Below, piece after piece: positions 62,987-64,000 of a DNA stretch of 64,000 nucleotides. The stretch covers positions 163,742,001-163,806,000 of the forward strand of contig JBNRSN020000008.1 in NCBI GenBank assembly GCA_051313645.2. Reading direction: 5' to 3'. Position 1 is the first letter of the stretch. Every line of letters starts with the position of its first letter. The translations under genes and the position numbers were made by a program. The DNA is from Centroscyllium fabricii. Taxonomy: Eukaryota. Below the pieces are notes generated by a model. The model saw only the letters and a program-made list of their open reading frames with translations, ran no database searches and was not told where the DNA came from.

Positions 62987-64000
62987 ATGGAGAGCAACGC
63001 AGTGAGACCGGATCGCCTTGATATAAATCCTCAGGCGCCCGATGCTGCTGACGATTTCGAACACTTGTTTCGCCTGGTCGAGGCTTACATGAAGGCCGTA
63101 AAGGCGACGAGTGATGAGGACAAACTCCAGGTACTCTCATCACGGATCAGCGGCCGGGTGTACTCCTTTATCCGCGGCCTCAAGACTTACGAGGAAGCGG
63201 TCAAGAAATTGAAGGACAGCTACAGGCGCCCGGCCCACTCGGTCTATGCCAGGCATGTTCTGGCGACCAGAAGACAACGACTCGGTGAGTCTAATGAACA
63301 ATTTCTGCTAGCGCTCGAAGCCCTCGCACGGGCCTGCGACTGCAAAGCAAGGACAGCGGAGGAAGAGGTGAACATCCTAATCCGCGATGCCTATGTTGCA
63401 GGACTCAGATCCAGCCAGGCCCGCCAGCGGCTGCTGGAGCAGGACACACTGTCGCTTGATACCGCGATAACTCTTTCTAATGCGGTGGACGGAGCGCTTC
63501 CGAAGATGGACGCGTACAGGGACCACGACTTCCACGCGGGCACCCCTGACCCCTGGGTGACACAGGGACGGGCCGAGGCCCCCACGACGGCAGCGACGAC
63601 TGCGAAGGGGCACAGGTGCTACTTCTGCGGCCAAGGAAAGCACCCGCGGCTGTAGTGCCCCGCGAAGAATGCGACCTGCGCGCGGTGCGCGAAGAAGGAA
63701 CACTATGCTAAGGCGTTCAGATCCAGCCCAGTCTCCACCTCAAGACCCAACAGCGCGTCCTGTGAGAACAACGACGCCACTCCGTGGCTACAGGTACGGT
63801 GTTGCAGCGCGACCTAGCAGCGGTCAGCCGGGGGTAAATTGCGGGCGCCTCCAACCCCTTTAACTATACGGCAGAGGCCGGCCGCGCACGCGGCACAGGT
63901 GCCGCCATCACAAACGTGACCGCGACCAGCCATTTGCGACCCCCTGGCGCCGCCATCTTGCCCACAGCGGTCGGCCACGTACGAACCACGGGCGCCGCCA
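62987..64000 (+). pseudogene. Gypsy gag with two CCHC zinc knuckles and a premature TAG; element runs off the window
   Basis: RPDRLDINPQ..., YARHVLATRRQRLGES, LIRDAYVAGLRS, then CYFCGQGKHPRL*C. The same frame continues PAKNATCARCAKKEHYAKAF. Confidence 0.85.

Overview
Eukaryotic vertebrate DNA, most likely a cartilaginous fish (shark or ray), judging from HE1/V-SINE-type SINEs and CR1/HER1-type LINE tails. The window lies inside the SATB2 gene on the minus strand. Three coding exons are readable, with canonical GT-AG boundaries: 59711-60177, 46582-46794 and 45676-45831 (CUT1 and the start of CUT2). The next exon is not in the window, so that intron is >45.6 kb. About 40 kb of it is a G-rich 16-bp minisatellite (GTGTGTAAATGGGGCG). 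The array is punctuated by 12 full copies, one 5'-only copy and five 3'-end fragments of a ~229-bp solo-LTR-like cassette (TG...CA ends, TATA box, ATTAAA, GTGTG target-site duplication). A nested CR1/MITE/SINE/LINE pile interrupts it at ~37-41.6 kb, after which it resumes with 18/20-bp units carrying three copies of a 227-bp CR1 3' tail. The rest of the window is intronic transposon debris plus the 5' end of a Gypsy-type LTR element. That element has no tRNA-type primer site; instead, the primer-site position is a 13-bp perfect complement of its own LTR poly(A) region. The many His/Pro/Thr-rich ORFs are repeat artefacts. All coordinates were read by eye and transposon family names are by motif recognition, not database search.
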